64,000 bases of DNA from assembly GCF_018350175.1 (NCBI RefSeq), contig NC_058373.1:115818001-115882000 (forward strand), in the 5' to 3' direction. Source of the stretch: Felis catus. Lineage: Eukaryota. The position numbers were made by a program, and so were the translations under genes. The notes under the pieces were generated by a model that was not told where the DNA came from, ran no database searches, and saw nothing but the letters and a program-made list of their open reading frames with translations. Shown here in pieces: positions 52,261-64,000 of the stretch. Each line of letters begins with the position of its first letter. Positions within the stretch are counted from its first letter, which is position 1.

Positions 52261-55200
52261 AGACAATCTAGACTTTAAAATAAAGACTGTAACAAAAGAT
52301 GAAGAAGGGCATTATATCATAATTAATGCCAAGAAGACCTAACAATTGTAAATATTTATGTTCTAAATGTGGAAGCACCCAAATATATAAATCAATTAAT
52401 CACAAACATAAAGAAACTCATTGATAATAATACCAGAATAGTAGGGAACTTCAACATCCCACTTATTGGAATGGATAGATCATCTAATGAGAAAATCAAC
52501 AAGGAAACAATGGCCTTGAATGACAGACTGGACCAGATGGACTTAACAGATATGTTCAAAACATTTCATCCTAAAGCAGCAGAATATACATTCTTCTCCA
52601 GTGCACATGGAACATTCTCCAGAATAGACCACATACTGGGACACATATCAACAAGTACAAAGATTGAGATCATACCATGCATATTCTCAGACCACAATGC
52701 CTTGAAACTCGAAATCAACCACAAGAAAAAATGTAGAAAGGTAACAAATACTTGGAGACTAAAGAACATCCTACTGAAGAATGAATGGGCTAACCAAGAA
52801 GTTAAAGAGGAAATTAAAAAGTACATGGAAGGCAAGGAAAATGATAACACAACCCAAAACCTCTGGGACACAGCAAAGGTGGTCATAAGAGGAAAGTATA
52901 CAGCAATCCAGGCCTTCCTAAAGAAAGAAGAAATGTCTCAGATACAAAACCTAACCCCACACCTTGAAGAGCTGGAAAAAAAACAAATAAAACCCACAAC
53001 CAGCAGAAGACAGAAAATAATAGATTAGAGCAGAAACCAATGCTATTGAAACCAAAAAAACAATGGAACAGATCAATGAAACCAGAAGCTTGTTCTTTGA
53101 AGGAATTAACAAAACTGATAAACCACTAGCGAGTTTGATCAAAAAGAAAAAGGAAAGGCCCAAATAAATAAAATCAAGAATGAAAGAGGAGAGATCACAA
53201 CCAACACAGCAGAACAAAAATAAGAGAATATTACAAGTAATTATATGCCAATAAAATGGGCAATCTGGAAGAAATGGACAAATTCCTAGAAACATATAAA
53301 CTACCAAAACTGAAACAGGAAGAAATAGAAAATTTGAACAGACCCATAACCAGTAAAGAAATCGAATTAGTAATCAAAATTCTCCCAAAAAACAAGAGTC
53401 CAGGGCCAGATGGCATTCCAGGGCAATTCTACCAAACATTTAAGGAAGAGTTAACACCTATTCTCTTGAAGCTGTTCCAAAAAATAGAGTTGGAAGGCAA
53501 ACTTCCAAACTCTTCCTATGAAGCCAGCCTTGATTCCAAAACCAGACAAAGACCCCACTAAAAAGGAGAATTATAGACCAATTTCCCTGATAAACATGGA
53601 TGCAAAAATCCTCAACAAGATATTAGCCAACTGGATCCAGCAATACATTAAAAAAAATTATTCACCACGACCAAGTGGGATTTATACCTGGGATGCAGGG
53701 CTGGTTCAATATCCGCAAAACAATCAATGTGATTCATCACATCAATAAAAGAAAGGACAAGAACCACATTATCCTCTCAATAGATGCAGAGAAACCATTT
53801 GACAAAATACAACATTTGTTTCTTGATTAAAAACCTTCAAGAAAGTAGAGATAGAAGGATCATACCTCGAGATCATAAAAGCCATATTTGAAAGACCCAA
53901 CGCTAATAACATCCTCAAGAGGGAAAAACTTAGAACTTTCCCCCTAAGGTCAGGAACAAGACAGAGATGCCCACTCTTGACACTGTTATTCAACATAGTA
54001 TTGGAAGTCTTAGCCTCAGCAATCAGACAACACAAAGAAACAAAAGGCATCCAAATTGGCCAGGAGGAGGTCAAACTTTCACTCTTTGCAGGTGACATGA
54101 TACTCTATATGGAAAACCCAAAATATTCCACCAAAAAACTGCTAGAACTGATTCATGAATTCAGCAAAGTTGCAGGATATAAAATCAATGCACAGATACC
54201 AGTTGCATTCCACTACACCAACAATGAAGCAACAGAAAGAGAAATCATGGAATCTATCCCATTTACAATGGCACCAAAACCCATAAAATACCTAGGAATA
54301 AATCTAACCAAAGACGTGAAAAACCTATACACTGAAAACTATAGAAAACTTATGAAAGAAAATGAAGAAGACACAAAAAAATGGAAAAAGATTCCATGCT
54401 CCTGGATAGGAAGAACAAATATTGTTAAAATATCAATACTACTCAAAGCAATCTACATATTCAATGCAATCCCTATCAAGATAATACCAGCATTCTTCAC
54501 AGAGCTAGAACAAACAATCCTAAAATTTGTATGGAACCAGAAAAGACCTCGAATGGCCAAAGCAATCTTGAAAAAACAAAACCAAAGCAGGAGGTATCAC
54601 AATCCCAGACTTCAAGCTGTATTACAAAGCTGTAGTCATCAAGACAGTATGGTACTGGCACAAAAACAGACACTCAGATCAGTGGAACAGAATAGAGAAC
54701 CTAGAAGTGGACTCACAAACATATGGCCAACTAACCTTTGACAAAGCAGGAAAGAATATTCAGTGGAATAAAGACAGCCTCTTCAGCAAGTGGTGCTGGG
54801 AAAACGGGACAGTGACATGCAGAAAAATGAACCTGGACCACTTTCATATACCATACACAAAAATAAACTCAAAGTGGATGAAAGACCTAAATGCAAGACA
54901 GGGAGCCATCAAAATCCTTGAGGAGAAAGCAGGCAAAAACCTCTTTGATCTTGGCCGCAGCAACTTCTTACTCAACACATCTCCAGAGGCAAGGGAAACA
55001 AAAGCAAAAATGAACTGTTGGGACCTCATCAAAATAAGAAGCTTCTGCACAGCGAAGGAAACAATCAGCAAAACTAAAAGGCAACTGACAGAATGGGAGA
55101 AGATATTTGCAAACAACATATCAGATAAAGGGTTAGTATCCAAAATATATAGAGAACTTATCAAACTCAACACCAAAATAAATTAAATAAATAAATAAAT

Positions 55201-56616
55201 AAATAAATAATCCAGTGAAGAAATGGGCAAAAGACATGAACAGACACTTTTCCAAAGAAGACATCCAGATGGCCAACCGACACATGAAAAAATGCTCAAC
55301 ATCACTCATCATCATGGAAATACAAATCAAAACCACAATGAGATACCACCTCACACCTGTCAGAATGGCTAACATTAACAACTCTGGCAACAACAGATGT
55401 TAGGGAGGATGCGGAGAAAGAGGATCCCTTTTGCACTGCTGGTGGGAATGCAGATTGGTGCGGCCACTCTGAAAAACAGTATGGAGGTTCTGGGTGGGGG
55501 GTGGAGTTGTTCTGTATTCTGATTGTGGTAGCAATTTACAGGAATCTGTACATTTGCTGAAATTCTTAGAACTATTCACTAAAATAAAGTCAATTGTACT
55601 GTATGACAATTAAAAAATTAAAAAGAAATCAATGTAATTCACCACATTTACAGACTAGAGGAGAAAAATTCTATAATTGCCTTAATGGATGCAGCAAATT
55701 ATTTGACAATATTTAACCCTCATTTATGACTAAAATGGTCAGCTAACAGTAATAAAAGGATATTTCCTCAACCTTGGTAGGCATGTATGAAAAATCTACA
55801 GCTAATATCACATTTCATGGCAAAGCACTGAACATGACTGGGAGCAGGGCAAGGGAGTCTGCTATCCTCACTCTTCTTTATCATTATTCTGGAGGTCTTA
55901 GACATGCAATAGACAAAGAAAAAGAAAGCATACGGATTGGATAGGAAAAAAAATGAAATTCACTTTTATTAATGAAGATATCATTGTGTATACTAAATTT
56001 ACAAAAAAAATCTATCAAAAACCACATAGGGTGCATTTAACAAGGTCACGTGATATAAGGTCAATATGGAAACATAAGTTATATTCTATGTACAGTAACT
56101 ATTTGGAAAATAGTAGTAAAACAATATTAGTTAAAGTAGAATAAGAATTTTAAATACATAGGGATAATTCAACAAAGTATGTGTAAACCCTGTACAATTA
56201 AAGTTATTTAAATAATACTGAGAGAAATTTTAAAAGACCACAATAAATCCCTGTTTCTGGATTATAAAACTGGATTAGATATTGTTAATATGTGTTCAAT
56301 TCTTCCCAAATTGATCTACAGATTCAATGTCATGCCAATAAAAATACCAGAAGACTTTTATGTAGGAACAGACAGCTGACTTAGAATCTTATGGAAATGT
56401 AAATAACTTTGATTAGCCAAAACAATTTTGAAAGGAACTAGACAATTACCCTCAAATTTTCTTATGCCCTTCAGCAGCTAACTCCCCACCCCTTACCTTA
56501 TGCAGCTACTGATGTGATTTCTGTCACTATAGAATTTTGTCCATTTTAGGATTTCATATAAATTCAAATAGTATGTATTCTTTTTAATCTTGCTTCTTTC
56601 ACTCAGCATATTTTTT

Positions 56617-57270
56617 TAAGTTCTTATTTAAATTTCAGTTAGTTAACATACAGTGTAATATTAGTTTCAGGTGTAGAATTTAGTGATTCAACACTTACAT
56701 ACAATACCCAGTGCTCACCACAAGTGTCCTCCTTAATCCCCATCACCTATTTAACCCATCCCCCCTCCCCACCTCCCCTCTGGTAACTCAGTTTGTTCTC
56801 TATAGTTAAGAGTCTTGTTTCTTGGTTTTCCTCTCTTATTCTTCCCTGTATGTTTGTTTTGTTTCTTAAAATACACCTATGAGTGAAATCATATGGTATT
56901 TGTCTCTGACTGGCTTATTTCACTTAGCATAATACTCTCTAGCTGCATCCACATTATTGCAAATGACAAGATTTCATTCTTTTTTATGGTTGAGACATCA
57001 CCTCACACCTGTCAGAATGGCTAAAATTAACAACACAGGAAACAACAGGTGTTGGTGATGATGTGGAGAAAGAGGAACCCTCCTGCACTGTTGTTGGGAA
57101 TGCAGACTGGTGCAGTCACTCTGGAAAACAGTATGGAGATTCCTCAAAAAGTTAAAAATAGAACTACTCTACCATCCAGCAATTGCACTACTAGGTATTT
57201 ACCCAAAGGATATAAAAATACTAATTCGAAGGGACACATGCGCCCCGATGTTTATTGAAACATTATCGTT
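56617..57270 (-). mobile_element. Carnivore L1 with 5' inversion
   Basis: TSD actcagcatatttttt at 56601 and 57271; orientation flips at ~56994. Confidence 0.9.
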
Positions 57271-57409
57271 ACTCAGCATATTTTTTGAAATTCATCCATT
57301 CATCAGGATTGTGTAGAACTGGCATAAGCAACAACACATAGACCAATGAGACAGACAAAAGAGTCCAGAAAGAGATCCATGCATAAATACTCCATTGATT
57401 TTATGGCAA

Positions 57410-57663
57410 ATTTTTAAAAGTTTGTTTGTTTTGAGAGAGAGAGAGAGAGAGAGCACGCACTCATACAAGCTGGGGAGGGGCAGAGAGAGAGAGAGAGAGA
57501 GGGAGAGGGAGAGAGTGAGAGAGAGAAAGAGAGAGAGAGAGAATCCCAAACAGGCTCTGTGCTGACAGCAGAGAACTGGATGTAGGGCTCAGTCTCACGA
57601 ACCATGAGATCACGACCTCAGCCAAAGTCGAACACTTAATCAACTGAGCCACCCAGGCGCCCC
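57410..57663 (-). mobile_element. CAN-SINE with expanded (GA)n
   Basis: TSD gattttatggcaa. Confidence 0.9.
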
Positions 57664-58449
57664 GATTTTATGGCAACTTTGCCAAAGTAAATCAAGGAGG
57701 AAATGAAAATCATTTTAATAGGGACTCTGGCACAACTGTATATGCTTATTGAAAAAAATTACCATCATCTTTCATAGTGTAGAGAAATAAACTCGAGATG
57801 CATTACAGATGCAACTATAAAAGTTAAAACAATACGACTTCTAAAAAAAAATAGGACTTCCTAAAAAATCAACATAACATTAGGATAAGCAATGACTTTT
57901 TATAAAATGTATAAAAAGGACTAACCTTAAAATAATTGGTAAATGGATTTAATCAAAATTAAAATCCTCTGCTTTTCCAAGAACACTGGTAAGAAAATGG
58001 GAGAAAATATTCAATTACACACACATAAAAATACTTCCAAAAGAAGACGTAAAAATGGTTAATAAACGCATGAAAAAATGTTCAACATCATTAGTCATCA
58101 GAGAAATGCAAGTTAAACCACAGTGGTAGACCAGTACAGACTCACTAAAATGAGTAAAGATTAAGTCCAATGGTACCAGGAGTCTGGGGGATAGAGCCAG
58201 CTGGAGTTCTCATCCATTATTACTGGCAGTGTACATTGTTACAACCACTTTACAACACATTTTTGGTGGCTTCTTGGTAAATATACTCATTGCATGCCCA
58301 ATAATCCTCCTCTTAGATGTTGGTTTACCCAGCAGAAATTAAGCACGTGTTCTACTTGTGTATGAACAAGACTTACATATAAACATCCACTGCAACTTTA
58401 CTCATAAAACAGCCAAAATACTGGAAACAACCCAAAGATTCATTAACAG

Positions 58450-61400
58450 CCCTAGTGGAATTGAATTGGTCTCCCCAGCGACAGTGGGAACAGCTTTTCC
58501 ATCTACATCTGAGGGGTTAACCTGGCATTACCTGAGGAAATGGTAATGATCTCCCCTGAGATAACCACCATATAAGACAGTGCTAATGCTGATTCTCCTT
58601 GGGACCCACCCCCACCACCCTTCTTTGCTTCTAGACCTATAACTAGAGTCAAATCCCAGAGGACCCCTAATGATGAGGCATAAAACATGACCCACGAGAA
58701 GGTGCACTATACTCAAAAAGAACAATTTAAGTTTTCTAATTTATACCAACAGACATCCAGGGAACACGGATGGATACTGAGGGTGTGGGATAATGGTGGA
58801 AGAAACATAAAGTTGGGTCAGGCCGAATTTATTGATGTGGGTTCACTAAGCAGAGGTTTTGCATTTAATGCTGAGGCCTGGGGAGTTAGAAAGGGCTCTA
58901 ACAGTTTGTTGGTTAATTGGCTGAAACATGGACCAAAAGAAGGCCAATCTTGAACCAATTGTAAATGCCTGACCTGCCTTGGCTTAACATAGAGGAAGGG
59001 ATTTGGAGGCTTAGGGACACTGGAATGTTAGAGTGGACTTGTCATTTAAGACCTACTCACCCACACTGAGGGTCCAGAGGACATATCTTTCACTAATACT
59101 TATTTGAGAAATTTGTGAGGGGAACCAGCATCCTTGAAGATCTCTTGTGATGGCTCTTCTATGTAGGTCAGACTTTAGAGTGGGAACCATAGCCACTCAA
59201 TTGTAAACCTAGAAGTATTAGGAATATATGGGACCCAGGGAAATAGGGGGTCAAATGGCAGCACTCGACCACCAAAGATAACGTAGGCATGGTTACCATA
59301 ATGAACATAAGAGTCAAAATAATCTGACTCATGCACACCCATGGTGTTGGCTAGTTAATCATGATGTTCCTAGAAGTGAAATAGAAATTCTTACTTGATC
59401 TATATAAGCATAGAAGTTCCAAGTCAACAGAAAGTCTAACTCCAATCATAAAAGCAGTGAATTGCAGTCCTTCAATCAATTCCGATTTGAGCCAGTTTAC
59501 AGACCAAGAACCTTTTGAATACATGGGAAGCCAAGTGCCCTTTAGGAAGAACCCTGATACACCAGTGAAAATTTACATGGTTAATCTTTCTCCCAGTATT
59601 TCCCAGAGGGACCTATAGCCTTTTAACAGGGTTGTACATTGGGGAAAAGGAAATAACCATACCTTTCAGAGACTACTGGACCTTGGCTCTGAAGTGACAC
59701 TGATTCCAGAAGACCCATAATGTCACTGTGGCTTTCCAGAGCCAGTCAGAGTAGGAGAGCTTATAGAGGTCAGGTGATCAATGGGAATTTGGCTCCGGTT
59801 TGTCTCACAGTAGGTTCAGTGGCTCCCTGAATGCATCCTATGGTTATTTCCCCAGTTGCAGAATATGTAATTAGAATAAATATACTTGACAGGTGGCAAA
59901 ATCCTCACAATAGTTCCTTGACCTGTAGAGTATGGGCCAGTATGGTGGAAAAGGCCAAGTGGAAGCCATTTACTACTGTCCCTACCTAGGAAAATAAACA
60001 AAAAGCAATACACATCCCTAGAAGGATTGCAAAGATAAGCGCCACCATTTGAAAGGTGCAGGGGTGGTGATCTCCATCACATTCCCACTCAACTCTCCTA
60101 TTTGGGCTGCACAGAAAACATATAAATCTTAGAGAATGACAGTGTATTATTTTATTATAAGTTTAATCACATGGTGACTTCAATCACAGCTGCTGTACCA
60201 GATGCAGTCTCATTGCTTGAGAAAATTAACACATCCTTTGGTACCTGGTATGCAGCTATTGATCTAGCAAATGCATTTTTCTTCCATACTTGTCCATAAG
60301 GCCCACTAGAAGCAGTTTGCTTTCAGCTGGTAAGGCCAGTGATACATATATACATATACCTCTTTAGGGTTATAGCAACCCTCCATCCTTATGTCATCAT
60401 TTAGTTCGCAAGGATTTTGTCTTTCCCTCCCGCAAGATATCACACTAGTCCGTTACACTGAGGACATTATGCTGACTGGACCTAGTGAGAAGAAGCAGCA
60501 ACTACTCTAGGCTTATTGGTAAGACACTTGCACATCAAGGTGGGAAGTAAATCTAAAATTCACTTCTACCTCAGAATGTTTAGGGGTCCTGTTACTTAGG
60601 ACATGTTGAGATATCCCTTTTAAGATGAAGAATAAGTTGTACCTGGCTCTCCTACAACTAAGAAAGAGGCACAATACCTCTGGATTTTGGAGGCAACATA
60701 TTCCTCACTCGAGTGTTACTCCAGGCCATTTACCAAGTGACCTGAGAAGCTGCTAGTTTTGAGCAGGGCCCAGAAGAAAAGGAGGCTCTGCTACAGGTCC
60801 AGGTTGCTGTACGAACTGCTCTTCCACTTGGGTCTTATGATCCAACAGATCTGCTCATGTTCGAATTGTCAGTGGCAGAGAGAGAGATGCTGTTTGGAGC
60901 CTTTGGCAGGTCCCTAGAGATGAATTACAATGCAGGCTTTTAAGATTTGGGGGCAAGGCTCTGCCATCACCTTCAGATGAGAAATAGCTTTCCTTTTGAG
61001 AAATAACTTTCCTTTTGAGAAATAGCTCTTGGCCTATTACTAGGTCTTAATAGAGACCAAATGCTTGCTCATGGGCACCATGTTACCATGTGACCTGAGG
61101 TAATTGTCACGACCTGGTTGTTCTCTGACCATCAACCCACAAAGTGAACCTGTACACCAACACTCTATCAAACAGAAGTGATATATACAAGATCAGGCCT
61201 GAGCAGAACCTGAAGTAAATTACATGAAGAAGTGGCCCAAGTGTCCAAAGTCCCCACTCCTGCTCCACTGCCTTCTCTCTCCCAGCCTGCATATACAGCC
61301 TCATGGGGAGTTCCCTGTGATCAGTTGACAGGAGAAGAGAAGACTCAGGCCTGGCTTACAGATGGTTCTGCATGGTATGCACATCTGACTGTGGACAGCT

Positions 61401-63540
61401 ACAGCACTGCTACCCCTCTCTGAGACATCCCTGAAGGCAGTGGTGAAGGGAAATCCCCCCGTGGGCAGAACTCTGGGCAGTGCCCCAGTGGGCAGTTTGG
61501 GCAGTTTTTCACTTTGTTTAGGAGAAATGGCAAGATGTGGGATTACATAACAATGTGTGGGCTGTGGCCACATGGTCAGGGACTTAGAAGGAACATGATT
61601 TGAAAATAAGTGACAAAGAAATTTAGGAAAGAGGCATGTGGATCGGACTCTCTGAATGGCCAAAAAACCACAAACATATTTGTGTCCCATGTGAATGCTC
61701 ACCAAAGGGTTACCTCAGCAGATGATTTTAACAAATAGAATGACCCATTCTGTGGATACCAGTCAGCCTCTTTCCCCAGTCACCCATCATGACCCAATGG
61801 TTTCATGAACTTCATTAAAGTAGTTATGGTTGCAGTGTGGCAGTTACACTTGGGCTCAGCAACAAAGACTTCCACTCACTATGCATGACCAGGCTACAGC
61901 AACAATTAATTGCCCAATCTGCAGTGGTAAGGCCAACATCGAGCCCTGAGTATGGCACCTTTCTCTGAGGTAATCAGCCAGCTACCTGCATGTCAGAAGG
62001 TGGTCCATCACATTGAACTGTTTCCATCAGGGAAGGGGCAACATTTTATCCTTACTGGAGTGGACACTATGCATACAGATTTTCCTTCCCTGAACACAAT
62101 GCTTCCATGGACTTACAGAAAGCTTTATTCATCATCACTGTATTCTACACAGCATTGCTTCTGATCAAGGAACTCACTTCACAGCAAAAGAAGTGCAGCA
62201 ATGGGCCCATGGTCATGGAATTCACTGGTATTACCATGTTCCCCACCATCTTGAAGAAGCTGTCTTTTTTGTTTGTTTGCTTGTTTATTTTTGAGAGAGA
62301 GAGAGAGTGGGGGGGTGGGGCGCTGAGGGGCAGAGAGCGAGGGAGACACAGAAACCAAACCAGGCTCCAGGCTCTGAGCTGTCAGCACAGAACCCAACCA
62401 GAGCTTGAACTCACGAACCACAAGATCACGATCTGAGCCGAAGTCGGACACTTAACCAACTGAGCCACCCAGGTGTCCCTTGAAGAAGCTGTCTTAATAG
62501 AATGGTGGAATAACCTTTTCAAGACTAAGTCACAGCACCAGCTAGATGGCAATACCTTGCAGGGCTGAGGCCAGGCTCTCCAGAAGGCTGTATATGCCCT
62601 GAATTAGTGTCCAACATATGATGTTATTTCTCTCATAGCCCAGATTCATGGGTCCAGGAATCAAGAGGTGGAAATGGGAGTGGCAGAAGTCACTATTAAC
62701 CTTAATGACCTACCAGCAAAAGTTTTGCTTCCTGTTCCCACAACTTCATGTTTTGCTGGCTCAGAAGGCTTAGTCCCAGAGGGAACAGTACTTCTCCCAG
62801 GAGACAAACGATTCCACTGACTGTAAGCCAAGACTGCCACCTGGCCACTTTGGGCTCCTCATGCCTCTGAATCCACAGGCAGTGAAGGGAGTTATGGTGA
62901 TGGCTGGGGTGATTAATCCTGTTAACCAAAGGGAAATTGGACTACTACTTCACAGTAAATCAGTCAGAGTAAAATGGCAAGTAAGAGTGTCTGGAATACA
63001 GGAGATCCCCTAACATGTCTTTCAGTACTACAATGCCCTGTGACTAAGGTCAGTGGAAAACTACAACCCAATCCAGGCAGAACTATTAATGGTTCAGACC
63101 ATTTAGGAATGAGGGTTTTGGGTCACACCACCAGATAAATAACTATGATCAGATGAAGTACTTGCTGAAGGCAAAGGCAATAGAATGGGAGGTGGAAGAA
63201 GATGGTTACAAATACCAGCTGCAATCAGGTGAACAATTATAGAAACAGGACTGCAAGAGCCATGACTATTTCTTTTGCTATGAGTACAGTTGTATTCATA
63301 TTTCCTGTTTTCTTCTTTCCATTTTCCTCTTTCCTATTCCCTTATCACGTGGCATGAAATATTGAACTTATTTCACAGTATCTAGGTATTGTTAATTTCA
63401 CATCATAGTATTTAACTTACAGGATATCAAGAAGAGTAAAAATCACTCAAGGGCTTTATATACTCTTCTGGGGATGGGGTAAATATGTAAATCCCATATC
63501 CTATTGGTTCTGTTTCTCTGAACAGAACTCTAATACAGAT
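58450..63540 (+). mobile_element. Decayed ERV-L provirus (gag, pro, RT, RNaseH, IN, dUTPase) with an MLT2-like LTR fragment at the end
   Basis: gag WILRVWDNGGRNIKLGQAEFID; RT WYAAIDLANAF (~60246); RNaseH AWLTDGSA; dUTPase PPGHFGLL (~62838). Many stops and frameshifts. Confidence 0.88.
62267..62480 (-). mobile_element. CAN-SINE in the ERV-L integrase
   Basis: TSD ttgaagaagctgtctt. Confidence 0.9.
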
Positions 63541-64000
63541 TCCATTCCAGGATGGATTGTATGCACTGAACCAGAGATCTTTTCTTGGGTCTGGGAACCA
63601 AGAACTGGAAGCCAGAGTGGGCACCACATATCACCATTTCCTATGACTCACTGGGGTGGTCTGTGCTTCCTGTCCCATTCAATTCTGTAATGTTAGAGGT
63701 TCTGATCTCCGAAGGGGTCACATTTTCACGAGGGGACAAAGCTAGAGTCCCAATGGAATTATAAGCTAACGTTGCCACCTGGGATTTTTGGGCTCCTTGT
63801 GTCCCTTCTCTAAGAGCAAGAAGAGGTTTCACAGTCTTGGAAGGTGTAATTGAGCCCAATCATTGAGAAGAGGTAGGACTGTTGTTAAATCATGGAGATG
63901 CAGGGAATATGTATGGAACCCAGGTGATCTCTTTTGGTGCTCCTTGGTATTCTCTAGTCCCACTGTGACTTTAAATGGAGAGACTTCAGCAATCCCAGTG
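63541..64000 (+). mobile_element. Second ERV-L-like fragment (dUTPase region)
   Basis: gccacctgggatttttgggctcc and downstream motifs parallel 62780-63060. Confidence 0.6.

Larger units (their letters stand above)
48700..55489 (+). mobile_element. Near full-length inactive felid L1 (5'UTR, ORF1 ~50531-51634, ORF2 from ~51745), lacking its 3' end
   Basis: GC-rich 5'UTR, ORF1 C-terminus (RILYPARL..KLKEFVTTKPALQE), and EN/RT/C-terminal peptides in broken frames; three SINE insertions. Confidence 0.95.
55490..58440 (+). mobile_element. Patchwork of old L1M fragments hosting the inverted L1 and SINE
   Basis: Degenerate L1 RT/C-terminal/3'UTR motifs. Confidence 0.6.

Noticed and set aside
52369..55186. 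150-250 aa ORFs with EN/RT similarity
   Set aside because: Fragments of a frameshifted, RT-mutant L1 ORF2; not host genes.
58687..58953. Possible domesticated ERV-L gag ORF
   Set aside because: Only 88 aa within a heavily decayed provirus.

Overview
Mammalian, almost certainly felid, genomic DNA (abundant CAN-SINE/SINEC_Fc elements, carnivore L1s, ERV remnants) from the intronless testis-type ADAM cluster. There are three intact single-exon ADAM CDSs. Two are ADAM4-like pseudo-proteases arranged head-to-head (10474-12687 minus, 22920-25154 plus) as the arms of a ~4.1-4.3 kb inverted duplication around an ~8.1 kb spacer. The third is a catalytically competent ADAM21 (probable start 39332, stop 41467), followed by a decayed partial duplicate of itself. 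The most striking signal is a mosaic between the two ADAM4-like copies. The upstream region plus signal/prodomain and the Cys-rich/EGF region are almost identical, while the metalloprotease-like domain (47/100 aa identical over residues 216-315) and the TM/tail are strongly diverged, with sharp boundaries. This suggests domain-restricted gene conversion. Other notable items are two nearby L1s sharing the same inactivating lesions, a probable L1 3' transduction, a twin-primed L1, and two different SINEs at the same paralogous base. The rest is mostly TE-derived. Repeat family names and comparisons to human/mouse proteins are from recall, not database searches.
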